A stretch of 64,000 nucleotides of DNA from the human T2T-CHM13v2.0 reference genome, Homo sapiens. Of this stretch, positions 55,909 to 64,000 are shown in pieces (the stretch's first letter is position 1; each line of letters begins with the position of its first letter). A program made the translations under genes and the position numbers. The stretch lies in NCBI RefSeq assembly GCF_009914755.1, contig NC_060942.1; one strand, written 5' to 3'. The notes beneath the pieces were generated by a model. It had not been told where the DNA came from. It did no database searches and was given only the letters and a program-made list of their open reading frames with translations.

Positions 55909-56178
55909 TACATATGAGCTGCAGTCAAGATGGCTTGATGACCAAATGATGCAGAGTAGAAAGGAAGTGACTGAGAAGATCGATGGACCTACAGGTGAAA
56001 TAGAAAACATAAGAAAAAATGCAGGTTTAGAGAAAAGGTGCTGAGTTCTATTTGGGACCCACTGAGTTTGAAGTTCAAGGGAACATGTGAGTGGATACGT
56101 GTAGCAGGCAGCTGTTTATATGAGTCCGAAACTCAGAGCAAAGATGTGAGTTGGAGACATCATTGCTTTTTAAAATTA

Positions 56179-56618
<440 letters not shown>

Positions 56619-57074
56619 GATACACTATTTGGAGAGCGGTCAGTAAAAGGTGGTCGTTCAAGCTCTGGGAGCGAAGGAGGCCCCATGGAGGGGATATGCA
56701 GACTGAGAGCAATGAGGGGGAAACAAACCTACAGGAAGGGGCTAGCAAAAGAAGGAGAGGCCACAGGGCGTTCACAGAGGCAACCAGGAAGCCAGGAAGG
56801 AAGACAGAGGCCCCATAAAAGTGGACTGGCCAACAGTGACAAGTGCTTAGAGACAATAATAACTAAGATATACTATCTTTTTGTTTCTCTAAGTACAATG
56901 CATTGGTCAATTAGGCCAGAAGAGCCCTTGGAGTCAGCTGCAATAAAGTGACGAATGCAGAAGATCCTGGGCAATGGGTGAGGGAACTGAAGGAGAAGAG
57001 AAAGAAGACAGGAGTACCGAGAGGATGCTGTAGAAAAGACGGGGATTCAACTGCAGCTAGAGGAAAGTGCCACG

Positions 57075-57250
57075 GGATTGTGGAAAGAGAATCCTGAACC
57101 TGGAGTTAACCTGAACTCTAACCCCTTGCCTACCACTTACTGGCTGTGTGATCTTAGACAATCCTCTATTTACCCGCCCCTGTTTTCTTGTCTGTAAAAT
57201 AAAGTGGCTGAGTCAGATGGTCTACACTGTTCCTTCTATTTTGATTCTGT
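57075..57250 (+). mobile_element. MIR/MIR3
   Basis: taccacttactggctgtgtgatcttagac...gttttcttgtctgtaaaat. Confidence 0.72.
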
Positions 57251-59349
57251 GGCACCCTATGCACATCTCGCGACATGGAGATCATGAGGATAATGGTAAT
57301 GCTGGCAAGAGCAATTTCAAAGGACTGGTGAGGACAGTGTGAATTGAAATGTGAGTAAATAGTTGCTCAGGGAAACTTGACTAAGAAGCACACTAGAAAA
57401 AGGAGGCAGAAGAATACGTGTTTCCAAAATCTACTGTAGAACTTCAAAGTCATGAGACAACATTCTGAGGTCCAGATGGGGCAGCCCCTGAGTAGACAGT
57501 GCCCATGAACTCCAGAAGAATCAACATTTATTCAACGTATAGTAAATGTCAATAACTGCAAGGTGCTTCATGTGTGGAAACAGCTAAAGGGCCAGTGTTC
57601 TTCCTGTCCCCAGTTAACCTTACCATCCCTGGAATCATTTATTGTAGGTTATGTGTAAATTTCTATCACACTCAACCTTTGAGGAGCAAAGAAAAATGAA
57701 TAGGTTCTCCAAAATATTTTATTCAAAACAAAATCTTCACTGCAAATTTAGATTAATAATCTGAGGATTCTGGCACAAAGAAAACATTTTTCACAAATTC
57801 AGAAAGCATTAGGCAGAAGAAATGGGATTCAAACTCAGATCTGCCTTCGATTTCAAATCTCTCTATTACATAACAGCTACCAACAATTATCCTTCTTTTA
57901 GTGTTGCATGCCTTGTCTTTCATCCATTTTTTGGATTGCAGGGTTTTATATAGTACTTATCCTCCCCAGATTTATATTTAAGTTTAAATCCCTTTTAATT
58001 AGGTATCCTACCTAGTCTCAATCATATAATATTCTTTTTAGTCTTTGAAAGATGGACACAAATGTTTACCGATATTCTATGTAATTCTAAGTCATGGTCC
58101 AGAAAAATCTAACCTTGTTCTTGACCATACCTATGTATCCAGGTTTTCTTATCTCCTGTGATTTTCTTTTCACTTCTGGAGTCTCAAGCCTCAGCAAGAA
58201 GAAGAGATGAAAATACCACCTATGTTGCTAAGTCCTTCAATTGCTACCTAGGGCATCTAAGTCAATAGACATATATGTCACATTTCTTTTTGTGATAAAA
58301 TTTATTCCTATATGATACACCTGTCTTTTGACAAAGACTTATATAATAACATTTCATTTTACCTAATCTGGAAAAAATGCACAAACTCCTCAAAATGAGA
58401 ACTTATAGAAATTTAACTTGGCTAACAAAGAATGTGAACAAATGAGTATTTATTTTGTATTTTTCTTGCTGACATATTATTTTTAGGCTTCTTTTTGTAA
58501 AACTTTGTGTATATTTAGATAATTTTCTATATTAGTCTAAATAATATGGTATATTGTACATATTTAATTGTAGAGAGTATCATACAAAATTTTATAACAA
58601 ATAGTATGATGAATTTAAAAATGGCGATAGTAACGATGATTAAAATGTTGAACAAATTAGTGAACTTTTGAGGCACTAAGAAATATTTGAAACTAAATCC
58701 TAATATCTCATCAATTAAGCATACCACTCTAAGCTCTTATTAATCAGGTTTCATAGGGAGGTACTCGACTGCATAGTCATTTTTGACCCTTAGTCATTAG
58801 GTACTTTAAAAATGCAATTGTAAAACTTAAACAAGTATTTTAAAAAATATTTGAAGTATTATCCTATGTAAGTGCAGGATAAAGATAGGCTTTCTAAATA
58901 TCACTAAGATTTTAGGTGTCATTCGAGCCTTAATGATAAATTCTCCTCATCGAGTAATTCTAACCAACTTAATGTGTAAATACTATTTATATGTCCTCAT
59001 TCGTTTTTGAAATATTTCCTCTTAGATGTTATTATAATTACAGCAATTTATAAATATCAGAAAATACAAACCATGAACAGATAAGAAGACACAGGCATAT
59101 GCCCTTTCATAAACAATCTACTAAGAAACAAGAGAGTCCAGCTATGCCTCATTTAAAATGCACAAGCAACACCAAAATCACACACACAGACACACAGACT
59201 AATGCAGTCATTTAAAATCAACTTTACACACTTTGTAAATTAAACATGAGTATCAATCTCTTGTAGGCATATGTTAAGCATTACAAAATAAAAACAAAGG
59301 AGAAGAGTAATTTTCTGCCTTAATGTTTTCAGAATTCTCATTCAAAAAC

Positions 59350-59706
59350 TTAAAAATATGAGACATTTTGGGGACAACTGAGGAAATCTAAATATGAACC
59401 TCTTACAGACGATATTATGGGATTACTTAATTTCCTTTTTTAATTTAGTGAATTGCTTTAGCTAATGATGTCATAATTGAACAAAAAAATACCCTTATTC
59501 TTAGGAGATGTCATGATACCTGCAACTTTCTTTCATGTGGCTGAAGTTGATTTTAAAAAGGGGTGCAGAGAGAGAGAAAACGCTACAAAATATTCTTATC
59601 TGGAGGACCTGGGGATACCCATACACAGGCACACATACGTGTTCGCTGTGTTGGTCCTTTAACTTTTCTATAGGTTTAAAAAATTCCGAAGTAAAAACTT
59701 GGAAAA
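59350..59706 (+). mobile_element. Old L1 (L1ME4-like) 3' end
   Basis: gacattttggggacaactgaggaaatc...cccttattcttaggagatg...aacttttctataggttt...aaaaacttggaaaa. Confidence 0.68.
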
Positions 59707-60967
59707 CCCTCATTTCATATGCTTTTAACTACTAATATTTGTTTCAAAAGAAACAATTTGATCCAACCCATGAGCTATGAGCCATAATCAAAGCTATGTT
59801 CTTCCAGCTGTCCTCAGCAGTTTGAAAGGATTTCATGTATTTAAATGAGAGAAAAGTGCAGATTTACTTGGGGAGGGGAGAAGGGGGAAAGTGGCTTCAA
59901 AGTTTGGGAGTTTGCCTGCCACACAGATGCCACATTTTGTGAGGCCAGGCTCTGTCTCAGTCTTCTCAGCCCGCCCCTGCCAGCTGACTGATGGCTATCT
60001 GCAGGGAGCCACAGGGGGGCCTCCGCCAGGGTGTGAGTGCAGAGACAAGATAAGGAAAATGCAGTAACCCCAAACTGAAGGGAGAAGGATCTCCCTGGGG
60101 TTTTCATTTGGATGGATCTCCAGATAGGGGCAGGTAGGGAAGTGGAAAGAGCTTTTAGAAACCAGGTGATAAAGCATAAAGAAATATTAAAATGAGCCAT
60201 CCTCTGCTCAGCTACTAAGAAATGATGACTTATGAAATGATTTCATTGTAAATGAACTTGTTTTTTGTACTCGTCACGGCAAAGAAAGCAGAAAACTACT
60301 CTGAAACTAAGGAGAAAAAAAAAAACGCACACATTGATTTTGAAACCCAGAGAGTAGGCCTCAAACTCAGGGATAGTGTCTTTAAACAGAATAATGGGCA
60401 TGTGGTGCTTAATAAATGTAGGGGATTTTTAAAAATCCTGTTGTGAGGAAGTATTTTCCTCTCTACCCAGAAGACAAAGAAAAACAGTGAGTGTTGACAA
60501 CATGGCATTAAAAAGCCACCCCTACCCAATTTGTTATCCCCAAATATATATATTCTTTTTAATTTACTCTAAGCCAGCATGGTGGCTCATAGCATCTTAC
60601 TTTTGAGTCATTATCTCTCTGCCATACACACAAGTCATAGCTGGGGATTTCAACTCACGGTGAAGCTATGCTGAGATTCCAGATCTCAGTAGTGTTGGCA
60701 TGAGCGCTGGTCTCTTCAGTCATAGAGAAGACAATATCCTAGGGAGACTGGAATTAGTCCTATTTTGCACCATTCAAGCCAAAATGCTGCTTATCAAGAA
60801 GCAAGTAATTGCTAGCTAATGGCTATGGGGGAAAAAGAAACCCACTGCATTTCAATCTAAGCATCTTTTGGCCCATGACAATAAATAAAGCTGTGGAGAG
60901 TGCAAACATAAAGCAGGGACCGTTTCTTGAGGAGGTTAAATAGCAAACATTAAAAAAGGCGAGTTAC

Positions 60968-63900
60968 CTCATCCGACTGGGAGGGACTGATTCTGGGCAT
61001 TGGTGATACTTGGGGCGTTTTCAACTGTGTGCTGTTGCTGTCTGGCACGAGCTCTCGGTGGATGGTTTGGATGTGGTTCTGGAGTTCACTTTCAGACTCA
61101 AACTTAACGTTGCAGCTAGAGCAGCGTGTCTTCAGTCCCCCCACCTTGCCTTTCCCCTCAATGGCACTCAGATTCTCATTCTGGCCCAAGCCTGGTCTAT
61201 TCGTGCCGGGAGGGACGTTAATGCCTGGGCTGGCGCTCTTACTGAGATTCACGCAGCCGGCACACAGACCATATGGCAGGCCATTGATATCAAGTTTCAC
61301 CAGATCTTGCTTGGAACGGAATTCTTTGAGGCAAGATGCGCACTTATACAGTTTTTGGACGTGCTGGCCCCGCCCTGTGGTCTGAACTGCAGACCCATTC
61401 CCTGTCTTTTGCATGTGGAACGTCCCATGGATTTTGAGTTCCAAGGTGGAGGTCACTGTCTGCATGCACACCACGCAGCGAAAGCCTGTCAGGGAATTCC
61501 TCAAGTCAGGGTGCATTTGGCAATGCTCTAAAAACTCCTCTTCACTCTGGAGAGGCATCTTGCAAATCCGGCAGTTTCCAGTATCAAGACTCTTACTATG
61601 CGTGACTTTGTGTTCAGTAAGAGTTAAAAGGGAGGGAAACCGCTCTCCGCAAATAGGGCACATGTAGTGTTTGACAGGGCCTAGGTGGGTCTGCATATGT
61701 TCCCGGAGGCCATTTTCGGAGAAGAAGGTTCGAGAGCACACGTTGCACTTGTAATTCCCTTTAATGAGCTCAGCTTTCTTTTTCACGATGGCACTTTCTC
61801 CAGGTCTGATGTTGTGGTCTCGGAGCTGGTGATTCTGCAGCAAAGTTTCCATAGTGTAGGCTGCCCCACAAATGTCGCAGCCGTACATAGGCTCAGAGGT
61901 GTCAACGTCTTCTTCGCTCCCATCGTGACTGTTGTGGGACTCCTGGCTGTTGGTCAGCAAAGTCTGCAGCTCCACTTCCTCTTTCTGCACTTGCTCGGAA
62001 GCTCCATTTGTTCCACAGTTGGGTGTCTTGGTTTCGAATACACAGTGTTTTTCTCGCAAGTGTTTTTCTAACAAAATGATCGCATGGAAGGCTTTGCTAC
62101 AGAACTTGCAGTTGTACTTCTTACTGTGAGTGGTGATGTGGCATTGCAGCTCCACCTCGGTGCCAAAGGACTCACCGCAGAAAATGCACTTATGCACTTT
62201 CCCTTGGTTTTCCAGGTGGTTGTGTTTCACATGGAGCTGCAAGTCAGTTTCGTTGCGGAAGTCCCAGTTGCAAGATGTGCACCTATAGACTTTCTTTTCG
62301 TTACTGTGCTTCACAGCCAAGTGGAGCTGAATGGAGACTTTTGAGTCAAAAACTTCCTGGCAGAGGGTGCAGCGAAAGAAGACAAAGGTGTGCATGTCCA
62401 GCAGGTGTTTCTGAAGGTCATCCACTGATGTGAATTGCTTGTCACAACTCTCACAGATGTAATACGTTGAAGTGATCATAAAGTGAATGGTAACATGCTT
62501 CAGCAAGGATTCTTGGTTGGGGAATTCCTTGTTGCACTGAGGACAGGTCAATTTTGGAAGCACAGTGTCGAGATGAGTTTTTAGGTGAGTCTGAAAGCTG
62601 TCTAGGGATGTGTACTTAGCACCACATTGATTACAGATATATTCTCCAGTGGGACGTGCAGGTGCACCTCCTACTGCCTGCATCATCTTAAGAGATGTCT
62701 GCTCTATGGCCACAGGAGATAGGGGGCTTAAGGCCCTGGATTTCTTCCCATTGTGGATATAATTCAGGGCCAAGGGAATGTTTTTATGATTCTCTTTGAT
62801 ATGCTTGTTCAGTTTAAGAACGCTGTTGAATATTGGCGAATTTGTACAATAGGAACAAGAATAGACTTCTACTACTGGTTCTTTGGGAGTCCCAAGCACT
62901 GGAGACCCAAATCGGGAGCCACTGAGGTCACAATGAACCTGTCTAATATGCTCTTCCAGGGAAGAGTCAGTGAGAAACCCCATATAGCAATGGGGACAAA
63001 AGAATGCATTACTATCTTTAGCTGCAGGGTTTGCAAATCCATGAGAACATCGGATGTGTTCCTGAAGAGTGTTGAGGTCGTTGACAACTTCGGAACAGAA
63101 GTTACACTGGTAGACAATGGCAGGCATGGCAGAAACAATCAGACCTGGGTCCTGAGCTTCATGCACTTGCTTAAGATGTTCATTTAGGTTATAGAGTGAG
63201 GGCAGGACCTCCAAGCAATACTGACAAATATGGGCCTGTTCTGGCTTATCTAAGTGCATAGTTTTCAGGTGAATCTGCAGAACTGCAAGACTTGAAAATA
63301 ATTGTTTGTTGCAGTAAATACAGCTGTAGGTAACTTTTGCTTGTTTACTCGAGGGACCAGTCATGTCAGGGGTTTGTTGAGCGGCCCTCTTCCTCCCTCG
63401 ACTCTTTGGGATTGGCGGGGCAGCTTCCACCATGGTTGAGCTGTCCACTGAGAGGTTGGAATCTGGAGTCGTACTGGACACGGAGGTATAGCCCACCGTG
63501 ACCAGGGAAGGGCTGTTGCTGTGATTGCATGACTCCGGTTGCTGGTGACTGTCCATGTGGCTGTACAGTTCCTCAACTGTGTGGAAACTCTCAGAACAAA
63601 TGCTGCATGAGTTCTTCTTCTCCCCGCTATGCACCTGCTCCATGTGGTTCATGAGGGAGGTCTCCTCTACGAAGAGCTCGTGGCAGTAGACACACTGGAG
63701 GGCCGCTCGGTCCTCATTTGGGGAGCATTCGGGGTGGCACTCTGCAATGTGTTTTTGGAGGTCTTCCGGGAAGTCAAAGCCTTCCTCACACTGACTGCAC
63801 TTCTGAGTGTCCTTCATCTTCCAGTCCTCCATCCTGGAACCGGACTGAGAGCCGTCCTTGTTCCTCTCATGAACCTGCATGTGTCCGTGTAAGGAACTAG

Positions 63901-64000
63901 AGGACAGAAACCCACGGCGACAAATGGCACATTTATATGGCTTGTTGGACGTGTGAGTCTTTAAGTGGATCTTCAAGTGATCACTTCTGGAAAACGCAGC
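60968..64000 (-). CDS. ZNF521: ZNF521 large internal coding exon (partial, 5' end outside window), tandem C2H2 zinc fingers
   Basis: The minus frame is open from 64000 ([16 protein letters not shown]..., the track's M is a TTG/Leu) to ...ISPSQSDE, 3033 nt = 1011 codons, with about 20 CxxC...HxxxH motifs. The protein matches ZNF521 as I remember it. The exon ends at a GAG|gtaact donor (GT at 60967-60966), phase 0. The track's VTRLF tail is intronic read-through. Confidence 0.97.

Noticed and set aside
60008-60024. CTCF-like G-rich motif (also near 1355 and 18461)
   Set aside because: Mismatches at core positions of CCASYAGRKGGC.
61010-63900. Plus-strand ORFs of 60-173 aa overlapping the large exon
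   Set aside because: Antisense shadows of a coding exon; no recognisable domains, and most lack a true ATG.

Overview
AT-rich primate (human-like, Alu-containing) genomic DNA lying entirely inside the ZNF521 (EHZF/Evi3) gene, which runs on the minus strand. The window holds the 3' ~3.03 kb of the very large multi-zinc-finger coding exon (60968-64000, still open at the window edge), a 29.1 kb intron (31847-60967), an 85-nt coding exon that the ORF track missed (31762-31846, [28 protein letters not shown]), and the first ~31.8 kb of the next intron. The two introns differ sharply. About 32-60 kb is packed with Alu, L1, L2, MIR, CR1, MaLR and Tigger relics, while 1-31.7 kb is nearly transposon-free and has several blocks that look like conserved developmental enhancers. 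I see no new protein-coding gene; the other short ORFs look like noise or repeat-derived. The most unusual structures are: (i) a ~100-125 bp non-TE duplication at 24728/26083 with a partly complementary element between the copies and plus-strand splice signals; (ii) a truncated Alu fused to an inverted copy of nearby genomic DNA inside one target-site duplication (44931-45517); (iii) three candidate poison exons with strong splice sites; (iv) a hairpin-loop micro-inversion inside an Alu. Repeat family names come from my memory of consensus sequences and need RepeatMasker/Dfam confirmation. All functional readings are hypotheses.
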